From Blautia wexlerae (lineage in GTDB: Bacteria; Bacillota; Clostridia; Lachnospirales; Lachnospiraceae): a stretch of 64,000 nucleotides of DNA. The position numbers were made by a program, and so were the translations under genes. Under the pieces are notes generated by a model, which saw nothing but the letters and a program-made list of their open reading frames with translations, had not been told where the DNA came from and did no database searches. The DNA lies in contig CAUEAK010000004.1 of assembly GCA_958454115.1 (NCBI GenBank), forward strand, positions 19,235-83,234, in the 5' to 3' direction. This document shows, piece by piece, positions 40,760 through 49,405 of this stretch (position 1 is the first letter of the stretch; each line of letters starts with the position of its first letter).

Positions 40760-41548
40760 ATGGCGTGTTCAAAAGGATGTGGAACGAGTTGTGCAACGAG
40801 CTGTAAGTCCACAGCGTCTGGCAACTGCGGCGGATGCGGGACTTCTTGTTCACGAAATTGCAGTACGATATGCTCAGGTACCTGCTCTGGTACTTGTAAC
40901 AAAACATGCACAAAGCAGTGCAATCATAATTGTTCGGATGAATGCACTGGATGTCAACGGACATGCGCAGATGATTGCGAGGCAGGATGCAAAACGGATT
41001 GCCTTCAGACCTGCACAGCGAATTGTTCAGACACTTGCGCAGACTGCACAGGTGGATGTGGAAACAGTTGCTTTGCGACATGCGCTGATGACTGCACAGG
41101 TGGATGCAAAGGCGGTTGCAACACGACATGCACAGCGAATTGTATGAACGACTGCAATACCTGGTGCGAAGGCGGATGTTATTCTTCATGCACATGGACT
41201 TGCGAAGGATGCAGTAATACTTGCACTGGTACCTGCTCCGGTACCTGTTCCGGTACCTGTTCTGGTACCTGTTCTGGTACTTGTCAGGGTTGTGATAATA
41301 AGTGCACAGCTTCCTGCGCTCAGTCTTGTACTGGCTGTAGCGGCTGTTCGGGTTGTGGAAATTCCTGTGGTTCCGGATGCACAGATAGCTGCATGGGAAC
41401 CTGCAAAAGCAATTGTTCTGGAGGCTGCGGAACCAGCTGCGGAGGATGCTCTACATCCTGTGCATCAAGCTGTCAGAGTGATTGTGGCGGGACCTGCAGG
41501 AATCAGTGCTACGGACAGGCGACTACACCGATATATTCATTTAATTAG
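40760..41548 (+). CDS. CxxxC-repeat protein 2 (262 aa, about 64 Cys); putative radical-SAM substrate
   Basis: RBS GAGGAGGTG then ATG at 40760; almost entirely CxxxC/CxxC units. Confidence 0.8.
   Translation: MACSKGCGTSCATSCKSTASGNCGGCGTSCSRNCSTICSGTCSGTCNKTCTKQCNHNCSDECTGCQRTCADDCEAGCKTDCLQTCTANCSDTCADCTGGCGNSCFATCADDCTGGCKGGCNTTCTANCMNDCNTWCEGGCYSSCTWTCEGCSNTCTGTCSGTCSGTCSGTCSGTCQGCDNKCTASCAQSCTGCSGCSGCGNSCGSGCTDSCMGTCKSNCSGGCGTSCGGCSTSCASSCQSDCGGTCRNQCYGQATTPIYSFN
41228..41287 (+). repeat. 12-bp tandem repeat (GGTACCTGYTCY, about 5 copies) encoding (GTCS)n
   Basis: ggtacctgctcc-ggtacctgttcc-ggtacctgttct-ggtacctgttct-ggtacttgtcag. Confidence 0.9.
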
Positions 41549-41557
41549 GAGGAAAAA

Positions 41558-41887
41558 ATGAGAACAGTAATTATTAAAGTAGACAGCAAAGAGGCAGAGT
41601 ACATCGAAAGACTGGACTACGAAAGGGGATTTACTAAAGATGTCCTGCAGAGAATCATCGAATCACATATGGAAGACCCAGATGTAATCAATAGCCCGGC
41701 ATTTAAGGCTTATCAGAAACAGGGAGCGGAATTGGATGCACAGTTCAGCATGGCAGTAGCAGAGCTTGAGAAAAAATATATTCCGGAGATTCTTAAACAT
41801 CACAAGACCAAATGGAATCTTGAGTACAAGACAGGAGAACTGAAAGTAGACATTCTGTGCAATTGTGAAATTGAGGGAATCAAATGA
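41558..41887 (+). CDS. Small accessory protein of a CXXX-repeat peptide modification system
   Basis: 109 aa helical protein ending 'WNLEYKTGELKV', between the Cys-rich genes and the radical SAM gene; resembles my recollection of the TIGR04116-type partner. Confidence 0.55.
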   Translation: MRTVIIKVDSKEAEYIERLDYERGFTKDVLQRIIESHMEDPDVINSPAFKAYQKQGAELDAQFSMAVAELEKKYIPEILKHHKTKWNLEYKTGELKVDILCNCEIEGIK

Positions 41888-43197
41888 AAAGAACAGAACA
41901 ATATTCCGAAAGGCTGAGCAGATTATATCCTGAGCTGCACGAACCGGTAGGGACAGAAAAGATTCTGACTCAGACCGTTACATTTCAGGTCACTGATGAC
42001 TGCAATCTGGCATGCAAGTATTGTTACCAGACACATAAGGGCAAAAAGAAGATGTCGTTTGAAACAGCGAAGAAAATGGTTGATCTTTTACTGTCTGGAA
42101 ATAAGGGTGTGGGCGATTACATAAATCCTCAAAAAAGCCCTGGGCTTATCATTGATTTTATTGGTGGGGAACCCCTGCTGGAGATTGAATTAATTGACCA
42201 GATCTGCAGCTACACGATTAACAGGATGATCGAATTAAACCATCCGTGGCTGACGAGAACGATGTTTTCCATATGTTCGAATGGAGTGTGCTACTTCGAA
42301 CCGGAAGTACAGAGAGTTTTACAGAAATGGAATCAGCGCCTGTCTTTTTCTGTGACTGTTGACGGAAATAAAGAACTTCACGATTCCTGCCGGGTATTTC
42401 CGGATGGGCGGCCATCTTATGATCTGGCAATTTCAGCGGCGAAAGATTGGGTAAACAAAGGTGGATATATGGGTAGCAAGGTTACGATAGCTCCTGCAAA
42501 TGTGATGCATGTGTACGATGCAATTACGCACATGATCGATCTTGGATATAACGAGATCAATGCAAACTGCGTCTACGAAGAAGGATGGCAGATGATCCAT
42601 GCAACGGTTTTTTATGACCAGCTGAAGAAGCTTGCAGACTATATCTTGGAACACAATCTTGATATGGAGAATGATTATTACATTTCACTGTTCGAGGAAA
42701 ATTTCTTTCACCCGAAGCAGCCTGACGACCTGGAAAACTGGTGCGGTGGCAATGGCGTAATGCTTGCTGTTGATCCAGATGGAATTATCTATCCATGTCT
42801 GAGATATATGGAAAGCTCTCTGGCGGGGCAGCAGGAACCATATAGTATAGGAGATGTGGATACAGGAATCTGCCAGACGGAATGCGACAGATGCCGCGTA
42901 GAATGCTTGAAGAAAATTGACAGGAGAACACAGAGCACAGACGAGTGCTTTAACTGTCCTGTCGCAGAAGGCTGTAGTTGGTGTACTGCATACAACTATC
43001 AGGTGTTCGGTACACCGGATGCAAGAGCAACTTATATTTGCGATATGCACAAAGCACGTGCGCTGGGAAATATTTATTTCTGGAATCACTATTATGAGAA
43101 AAATAATATCGACAAGCATATGGAGAATCATGTACCGGAAGAATGGGCACTTAACATTATCAGCAAACATGAATGGGATATGCTGTGCAGTTTATAA
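41884..43197 (+). CDS. Radical SAM/SPASM peptide maturase (CXXX-repeat target family-like)
   Basis: 'TFQVTDDCNLACKYCYQ' (CxxxCxxC), 'DFIGGEPLL', SPASM-type 'WCGG...YPCLRY...CFNC...GCSWC...IC'. Confidence 0.9.
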   Translation: MKRTEQYSERLSRLYPELHEPVGTEKILTQTVTFQVTDDCNLACKYCYQTHKGKKKMSFETAKKMVDLLLSGNKGVGDYINPQKSPGLIIDFIGGEPLLEIELIDQICSYTINRMIELNHPWLTRTMFSICSNGVCYFEPEVQRVLQKWNQRLSFSVTVDGNKELHDSCRVFPDGRPSYDLAISAAKDWVNKGGYMGSKVTIAPANVMHVYDAITHMIDLGYNEINANCVYEEGWQMIHATVFYDQLKKLADYILEHNLDMENDYYISLFEENFFHPKQPDDLENWCGGNGVMLAVDPDGIIYPCLRYMESSLAGQQEPYSIGDVDTGICQTECDRCRVECLKKIDRRTQSTDECFNCPVAEGCSWCTAYNYQVFGTPDARATYICDMHKARALGNIYFWNHYYEKNNIDKHMENHVPEEWALNIISKHEWDMLCSL

Positions 43198-43267
43198 CGA
43201 TTTTCGATATTAAATAACAAAAAGCGATAATATCGGAAAAATGTGGTAAAAAAGAGAGGTGTTTTAA

Positions 43268-43990
43268 ATGATAAAACAAGAAGTTATCTTTAATGTCAAA
43301 AACCTCAAGATTTCAAAAACGGAGAATATTTTCGCAACAGAAGGCATCAAAAATGTGTTTACGGCAGTATTTCAGTTTCATTCTACGGATTGGGATGGGC
43401 TGGCAAAAACAGCTGTGTTTGAAAACGCAGAAGGAACGAAAGAGCCAAAGCTGTTAGAAGAAGACAGATGTGATATCCCGGATAGCTTTTTTAAGACTTC
43501 CGGGGTTTGCTATGTTTCTGTAATGGCAGGAGACTTCATGGTGACAAATAAAGTTGCCATTATCGTAGTCAATGCCGGCTATACTTCTGGCGATACCGTA
43601 GCGGAAGCTAAGAACTACTTTGAACAGATTCTCAGATATTTTGACGCAACAAATATGAATGTCCAGAAATACGGAAAGCTGGCTGAGAGATTCGCTGTCG
43701 GATTGGCAGAAGATCCGGAGAGTCTTATGGATAACGCAAAATATTATGCACATCAGGCAGAACAGGCGGTAATGGGAATCCCTGGACAGGTGGAAGATGC
43801 GAAGAATGATATCGATGCTTATGTAAAAGAAAAGGAAGCTGATCTGAAAGGCGAGGATGGAAATGTGTGCTTTGTCGAGTTTCGCATTCAGCCTCCTTGT
43901 CTTCTTATGCGGAATAATCCAGAAGAAACGGATATAGAGTTTAGACTTAACGGCTCTAAGCTCGAATACAAATGGAGGGATAGAGGTTAA
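43268..43990 (+). CDS. Tail fibre/baseplate-upper (BppU-like) protein
   Basis: 'WDGLAKTAVF...CDIP...VSVMAG' N-terminal domain typical of fibre adaptors. Confidence 0.5.
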   Translation: MIKQEVIFNVKNLKISKTENIFATEGIKNVFTAVFQFHSTDWDGLAKTAVFENAEGTKEPKLLEEDRCDIPDSFFKTSGVCYVSVMAGDFMVTNKVAIIVVNAGYTSGDTVAEAKNYFEQILRYFDATNMNVQKYGKLAERFAVGLAEDPESLMDNAKYYAHQAEQAVMGIPGQVEDAKNDIDAYVKEKEADLKGEDGNVCFVEFRIQPPCLLMRNNPEETDIEFRLNGSKLEYKWRDRG

Positions 43991-46272
43991 TGGCAAATAA
44001 AACAACAGGAAGTGGCCAGTGGACTAACATGGGAAATGTTACGACAAACCCCGATGGAAGCTACTCTGACTCTAAAACATACAACTTCTTAGATATGGTT
44101 TCATACGAGGGCGGCTCATATGTATGCCTGGAAAACGGGACGATTGGTGTGCGCCCATCTCCTGGCGAAAGTACAGACAGATGGTTCTGTTCTTCAGTAC
44201 CGGGAGAAGCAACTCCAGATTTCAAAAACTTAGTGACAGAAACTAAAGAAGCGGCCAGGACAGCAAAAGAAAAAGCATCTGAGGCGGAGACAAGTGCAAA
44301 GGCTTCAGAAATAAGTGCACAGGCGGCTTCGAACTCAGCCGGAGCAGCAGCAGCTTCGGCCAGAGATGCGGAGAATGCAAAAGATGTTGTTGCCGGATAC
44401 AAAAATGCGGCTGAAAAGGCTGCATCATCCGCTGCGACATCTGAGAAAAATGTAAATGATAAAATTGCTGGACTGGACAATACGTTTTCTGAAAAGACAA
44501 CGAGTGCAATAGAAACCATAAACAAAACCGTAGATACAAAAGCGGAGGAGATAAAAAATGAAATAACTGCAACAAAAAATTCTATGGTGGATGCGTCTCA
44601 GAAAGCTATAAACGACACAATCGATGCGAGAAAAACTGAGATCAATAATACAGGTGCATCTGAAATTAAAAATGTACAGGCTGAATCAGCAACACAGACG
44701 CAGGGGATTAAAAGCGTAGCAGCTGAGCAGCTGGCAGCTATTAATGCAGCTGGTGGCACTTTAGAGAGTGCAATTGAGCGCTACTATGCTATGCGCCGTA
44801 CTAGAGAAATTTATACGGTAGAAGACCTTGATCCGGATGTTACACAGGCCTGCACGGTAAATCGTTTAGATGCTCTGTCTGGTCTTACCTGCACACCGTC
44901 CACAAATACGACAGCTGGAGAAGACCAAATTGGAACTCTCGAAGCATTCCGCCCGATTGAAGTGAACTGGATCCTCGATGATGATGGAAACCAGAAAATT
45001 ACTGCAATTGAAGGAATGCCGGGATATAAGACGACAGGAAAAGTCAATCGTGGAATCATGAACATGGGACTTTATTACAAAAAAGAGCGAAATGCAGAAG
45101 ACAATGGCTGGCTGCATCATTGGTCCATGCTTCCTCGAAAAGAAGAAGGATATGTTCCGATGAAAGAATGTGTTCGTTCAGACAATACGGTGCAGGGATG
45201 GATGCTCCATCCTAAAGGAGCGGCAGTGGATATTGATGGTGTTCCATATGTAACCAACGGAAAACCCGTCAGAAACAAACCTTCGTATGCAAATTTTGCA
45301 TATGCACGAAAGCAGGGTCCGGCATACTGCTTTGAAACAGATGTTGATGCCGCATGGGTTCTGGCGTTGACAATGATTAAGTACGGAACAAAGGACCTGC
45401 AGGCATATATGAGAGGATGCACAGCTTACACTGCTCAGTACAATGTCGCAGTTGCTGAAGAAAATACAAAGAGAGTAATTCTCACAAAAGATCAGGCGAA
45501 TTATTTTGTTGTTGGTTCGTCGGTCAGCATTGGAAATCCAGGTTCGAACACTAACTTCGATAGGGGCTATAATTATATGCACAATATCGTTGATAGTGCA
45601 AAAATTACAGCTATTGAAAAAGTAGACGATACATATAGCGCTTTAGTTTTGGATGTGTCTGCTTCATTTACAACTGCAACTACTTATAAAGTAAGTACAA
45701 TGCATTGGGAGACAGGATCCACTGATTCCGTACAAGGCTATGATGGAAGTCCTGTATCCAACACAGATGGAAAGAATATCTGCAAGATTAATGGCATCGA
45801 GATTCTTCCAGGTGGATATTCTGTGTCCGGAAACTCTATGCATATTGTTTCAACAGATGCAGATGGCAATACAGTCGATAAGTATTATCGAACCAATAAT
45901 GCTAAGTTACTGACGACCAATTTAGATACGATCATAAGTACCTATGAAGAAGTGGGTATCTTACCGGAGGCATACGATGCATGGAAGTATGTAAAAGGAC
46001 AGCTTGTGGACTTTGGTAAAGGGACAATGATTCCGACTGAATGGGGAGGAGGCGATAAGGCTTGGTGGGCTGATGCTTGGTATTGCGGTGGAAAACCTGC
46101 GGCTGGAACAAGAACAGGTCGGGAGCTCCTCCGGCGCGGCTATCTGGGCGATGGCGGCCTGAACGGCCCGTCGTGCGTGCGTGGCCACGCTGGCCTGGCG
46201 GATGTCTGGTGGTACTTCCTCGCGACCCTTTCTCCTAACGCCGTACGGGGTGAATGGCAGGCGGTAGCCTGA
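43990..46272 (+). CDS. Tail fibre / receptor-binding protein; DGR target gene
   Basis: 760 aa: N-terminal 'YNFLDMVSYEGGSYVCL' module, Ala-rich coiled coil, C-terminal domain containing the variable repeat. Confidence 0.85.
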   Translation: MANKTTGSGQWTNMGNVTTNPDGSYSDSKTYNFLDMVSYEGGSYVCLENGTIGVRPSPGESTDRWFCSSVPGEATPDFKNLVTETKEAARTAKEKASEAETSAKASEISAQAASNSAGAAAASARDAENAKDVVAGYKNAAEKAASSAATSEKNVNDKIAGLDNTFSEKTTSAIETINKTVDTKAEEIKNEITATKNSMVDASQKAINDTIDARKTEINNTGASEIKNVQAESATQTQGIKSVAAEQLAAINAAGGTLESAIERYYAMRRTREIYTVEDLDPDVTQACTVNRLDALSGLTCTPSTNTTAGEDQIGTLEAFRPIEVNWILDDDGNQKITAIEGMPGYKTTGKVNRGIMNMGLYYKKERNAEDNGWLHHWSMLPRKEEGYVPMKECVRSDNTVQGWMLHPKGAAVDIDGVPYVTNGKPVRNKPSYANFAYARKQGPAYCFETDVDAAWVLALTMIKYGTKDLQAYMRGCTAYTAQYNVAVAEENTKRVILTKDQANYFVVGSSVSIGNPGSNTNFDRGYNYMHNIVDSAKITAIEKVDDTYSALVLDVSASFTTATTYKVSTMHWETGSTDSVQGYDGSPVSNTDGKNICKINGIEILPGGYSVSGNSMHIVSTDADGNTVDKYYRTNNAKLLTTNLDTIISTYEEVGILPEAYDAWKYVKGQLVDFGKGTMIPTEWGGGDKAWWADAWYCGGKPAAGTRTGRELLRRGYLGDGGLNGPSCVRGHAGLADVWWYFLATLSPNAVRGEWQAVA
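46120..46233 (+). repeat. DGR variable repeat (VR)
   Basis: 114-bp copy of the TR at offset 270 bp; 14 mismatches, all at TR adenines. Confidence 0.95.
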
Positions 46273-46274
46273 CA

Positions 46275-46290
46275 GAGGGGCTGTCCCCTC
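46275..46290 (+). other. Hairpin downstream of VR (candidate DGR target-recognition cruciform)
   Basis: GAGGGG-ctgt-CCCCTC directly after the target stop codon. Confidence 0.6.
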
Positions 46291-46389
46291 CAATGGCTAC
46301 AAATGGTTTTGAAATGATGGATTTAACCGTATGGAAATACAGACGGTTATAAAGTAACAAGAAAATATAATATAAGGACTTATGAGGTC

Positions 46390-46503
46390 CGGGAGCTCCT
46401 CCGGCGCGGCAATCTGAACAATGGCGGCATGAACGGCCCGTCGTGCGTGAATGGCAACAATGGCCTGACGGATGTCTGGTGGAACTTCCTCGCGACAATT
46501 TCT
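46390..46503 (+). ncRNA. DGR template repeat (TR)
   Basis: Intergenic and AAY-rich in the VR frame (RELLRRGNLNNGGMNGPSCVNGNNGLTDVWWNFLATIS); lies upstream of the RT gene. Confidence 0.95.
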
Positions 46504-46712
46504 GTGTATAAAAAATTTGATACTCGACCTCATAAGCCGGCTGAAGAAGCCTATACTTGGGAACACCCGAAATACGTGATAAAAGGCCATTCCTTTCTCA
46601 TGAAGTAGATTGACATCTGTAGAGTGGGAAGGGGAGACTGGCAGGTGCGCTGTCAGCCGGGACTAGTAGACAACCGAAAGTCCCTGAATCACACAGAAAG
46701 GAAAATGCCTTT

Positions 46713-47990
46713 ATGAAGAAATGCTGCAAGAATGTAAATATTTTAGCAGATGATTTTATTGAAGATTCAATTTATGAAGCGCTTGATGAAAAATGGAAAC
46801 GGTCAGATGTGGCAAAGTATCTGCATGGTCGCACAAGCTCAATGAGTTTGCAGGCTATGAAACGATTGCTTCGGGACACAGACGAAAGAAATCTCATGGT
46901 ATCTGGTCTGGTCCATACAGTTGCAGAAAGCCTGCGCTATGAAATCCAGAACCGGTGTTTGAAAGTAGAACCTATTCAATACAGTTGGAGACAAGATGGG
47001 GTCAATGGAAAAATCCGAGAAATCGGTGTAGAAAGCGTAAAACAGCTGATTTTGGATGAAATAGCCAGTGAAGGTTTGGATGAACTCTGGAGGCGAAAGC
47101 TGGGATACCATCAGTACGCAAGCATTAAGGGAAAAGGACAGCTCGGCGGAAAGAAAGCAATAGAGCACCAGATCCGGAAGAAATACAGCATGTCTCGGTA
47201 CGCCTGGAAAGGTGACGTAAAGAAGTGCTATCCATCTGTAGATACCCGCAAGCTAAAAAGAATGCTGGAACATGATGTAAAAAATGAAGTCCTGCTATAT
47301 CTTGTATATTTCTTAATAGGAACCTACAAGCAGGGACTCAACATCGGCTCAGGATTATCCCAGTTTCTCTGTAATTACTATCTTGCGAAAGCTTATGTAT
47401 ATGTTCTTGGCTTACACAAAGTCAGGAAACATCGTGATGGAACTACCGAAAGCAAAAGACTTGTATATTTCTGCATCATGTATATGGATGATATTTTACT
47501 TATAGGAGCCCGGGAAGCCGATGTTAAGAGGGCGGCCCGGGCATTAGAGAAGTATCTGCTTAAAGAATATGGTCTTACAATTAAGCCTGATGCAGATCTG
47601 TTTCCGATTGATTATCGTATTAAAACAGGAAAGAAATACGATAGTTACAGAGAAAAGGATAAGGCAGAAAGGCGAGGTAAGCCAATAGACATGATGGGCT
47701 ATGTAATTTATAGGGAACACACAGAAATCCGTAGCAAGATCTTTCTACGGGCGAGGAAAGCATATTCTGTTGCTTGGTACTGTATGAAAAATAAAAGTGA
47801 AATCCCGTTACAGACCGCTTATAAATGTGCAAGTTATTATGGATGGTTCAAACATACCGATTCCAAATATGTCAAGGACAAATATAACATTGATGCTGTT
47901 TGCGCAGCTGCAAAAAGGAGGATCAGCAAGCATGCAAAAAGCGAAATACATGGAACGTCAGCCAGAAGTGCGCTGGCAGCCTGTCAATAA
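46713..47990 (+). CDS. DGR reverse transcriptase
   Basis: 425 aa; 'KGDVKKCYPS', 'GLNIGSGLSQFLCNYYL' (IGxxxSQ), 'YMDD'; adjacent TR/VR pair. Confidence 0.93.
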   Translation: MKKCCKNVNILADDFIEDSIYEALDEKWKRSDVAKYLHGRTSSMSLQAMKRLLRDTDERNLMVSGLVHTVAESLRYEIQNRCLKVEPIQYSWRQDGVNGKIREIGVESVKQLILDEIASEGLDELWRRKLGYHQYASIKGKGQLGGKKAIEHQIRKKYSMSRYAWKGDVKKCYPSVDTRKLKRMLEHDVKNEVLLYLVYFLIGTYKQGLNIGSGLSQFLCNYYLAKAYVYVLGLHKVRKHRDGTTESKRLVYFCIMYMDDILLIGAREADVKRAARALEKYLLKEYGLTIKPDADLFPIDYRIKTGKKYDSYREKDKAERRGKPIDMMGYVIYREHTEIRSKIFLRARKAYSVAWYCMKNKSEIPLQTAYKCASYYGWFKHTDSKYVKDKYNIDAVCAAAKRRISKHAKSEIHGTSARSALAACQ

Positions 47991-48276
47991 TGGCATGGTA
48001 GATGTCACACTGTGCCTGAATGAGAAGAAAGTGACAATTGAACAGGGTCAGATGGAAGACTCAGCAAAGCAGATGATGTATGAATATGATTATCACCAGT
48101 TCAGAGAGTCTGCAGACAAGATCAACGAAGAAACAGTAAGGGCATCCCCTGCGAAGTATATGTCCTATGTTCCGGAAGTCGAAAAGAGCTTGGAAGAGCA
48201 ATTTGAAGAATTGAAAGCATCGAACGAAATGCTTACAGGATGCGTTCTTGAGATGTCAGAACTGGTATATCAGTAA
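47932..48276 (+). CDS. Putative tail-fibre chaperone (XkdW-like)
   Basis: RBS AGGAGG, ATG at 47932 inside the RT 3' end; ends 'LTGCVLEMSELVY'. Confidence 0.55.
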   Translation: MQKAKYMERQPEVRWQPVNNGMVDVTLCLNEKKVTIEQGQMEDSAKQMMYEYDYHQFRESADKINEETVRASPAKYMSYVPEVEKSLEEQFEELKASNEMLTGCVLEMSELVYQ

Positions 48277-48332
48277 TGATGAGACTGTTGAGTAACTTTA
48301 TTATATTATTACAGAATGATGGAGGAAAAGAA

Positions 48333-48467
48333 ATGATGGCAATGTTATGGGCACAGCAGATTATGCTTGGAAAGAAAACTTATGCAGAGGTACCGAGACT
48401 TCTGAAAGCAAAGGTAAAAGAAATCCTGGAAGATTCCGGAATGGGAGAATTGGCAAAGGAAGAATGA
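48333..48467 (+). CDS. CD1375/XkdX-like small protein
   Basis: 'MLWAQQIMLGKKTYAEVPRLLKAKVKEIL'. Confidence 0.7.
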   Translation: MMAMLWAQQIMLGKKTYAEVPRLLKAKVKEILEDSGMGELAKEE

Positions 48468-48634
48468 CGAAACTGCAGATAATAAGTAAACAATGGTCAT
48501 TGATTTATGATCTTCTGCTTCTTAATAAGGGTGAGAGCGAAAGAACCCTTGATGAGATTGAACAGGATATGGATACATTGGAATTTCATTGTAGAAAGTA
48601 TGCCGATGCAGATGATGAAGAATTGATGGCATAA
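48464..48634 (+). CDS. Small hypothetical protein
   Basis: ATGA overlap with the upstream stop; 56 aa. Confidence 0.45.
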   Translation: MTKLQIISKQWSLIYDLLLLNKGESERTLDEIEQDMDTLEFHCRKYADADDEELMA

Positions 48635-48659
48635 AAAGGGCCTGAGCAGGCTCTTTTTT
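48633..48659 (+). terminator. Terminator between tail and lysis modules
   Basis: AAAAAGGGCCTG-ag-CAGGCTCTTTTT. Confidence 0.55.
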
Positions 48660-48744
48660 AATGGAGGTAAAACTATGCATAGCCAAAGAAGTCCACCGTA
48701 GAGGTCAAAATAGAAGGTGTAGACAGGAATATAGGAGGAAATAT

Positions 48745-49056
48745 ATGGAGGCGGAATACATTAGCCGGTCCGAGCACGAGGAATTCTGCAAGAGAATCGA
48801 CGCAGAAAACGGGAGACAGAATAAACGACTGGAACTGCTCGAAGGAAACACAAAGCAGATAAATTCGCTTACAACATCCGTTGAGAAGTTGGCACAGAGC
48901 ATTCAGCTGATGTGCAAGGAGCAAGAACAGCAGGGGGCACGTCTGGAATCGCTCGAAAGCCGGGACGGAGAAATGTGGAAGCAGGTGACAGGATATGTAC
49001 TTACAACCCTGATTGGTCTTGCAATCGGTTTTTTCTTTAAGCAGTTCGGTTTATAA
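48745..49056 (+). CDS. XhlA-like lysis protein (coiled coil + C-terminal transmembrane helix)
   Basis: RBS AGGAGG; coiled coil then 'VTGYVLTTLIGLAIGFFF'. Confidence 0.6.
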   Translation: MEAEYISRSEHEEFCKRIDAENGRQNKRLELLEGNTKQINSLTTSVEKLAQSIQLMCKEQEQQGARLESLESRDGEMWKQVTGYVLTTLIGLAIGFFFKQFGL

Positions 49057-49072
49057 GAAAGGCAGCATTGAG

Positions 49073-49405
49073 ATGGCTATTATAAAAAAGAAAATAAAAA
49101 AGATAGTTTCGGCGATAAAGAAAGTCGGAACATTGAACATTGTGCTGATGCTCGTCGGCGCTTTTTTTATATGGTTCAATTGGCAGATGATCCTTGTGTT
49201 CCGGGAATGCGGAAGTATGCCGGAAACATATGCCTGCGCAGTTGTGGCGGCAACGATTGGAGAGTGCGGCATATGCGGTTGGATCCGAACAAACAAAGAC
49301 AAACAGCAGGATCGGAAATGGCAGAAACAGGATGAAAAAGAAGGACGAGAACAAAATGATTCCGACATGAATGTCGGGAACATAGATGAGGAGGATAATT
49401 TATGA
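49073..49405 (+). CDS. Membrane protein in the lysis module
   Basis: Two hydrophobic segments. Confidence 0.55.
   Translation: MAIIKKKIKKIVSAIKKVGTLNIVLMLVGAFFIWFNWQMILVFRECGSMPETYACAVVAATIGECGICGWIRTNKDKQQDRKWQKQDEKEGREQNDSDMNVGNIDEEDNL

Noticed and set aside
40211..41548. Cys-rich ORFs as low-complexity artefacts or a CRISPR-like array
   Set aside because: They are well placed in the operon (the second has a strong RBS), show synonymous variation between units and adjoin a matching maturase; there is no repeat-spacer structure.
46297..46590. Minus-strand ORFs across TR/VR (46235..46498, 46297..46590, 45961..46293) as an Avd gene
   Set aside because: They are antisense read-throughs of the GC-rich repeat with no Avd-like character or clear RBS.
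46713..47990. RT as a group II intron, retron or Abi RT
   Set aside because: The adjacent TR/VR pair with strictly adenine-specific mismatches and the IGxxxSQ motif point to a DGR; no maturase/endonuclease extension is evident.
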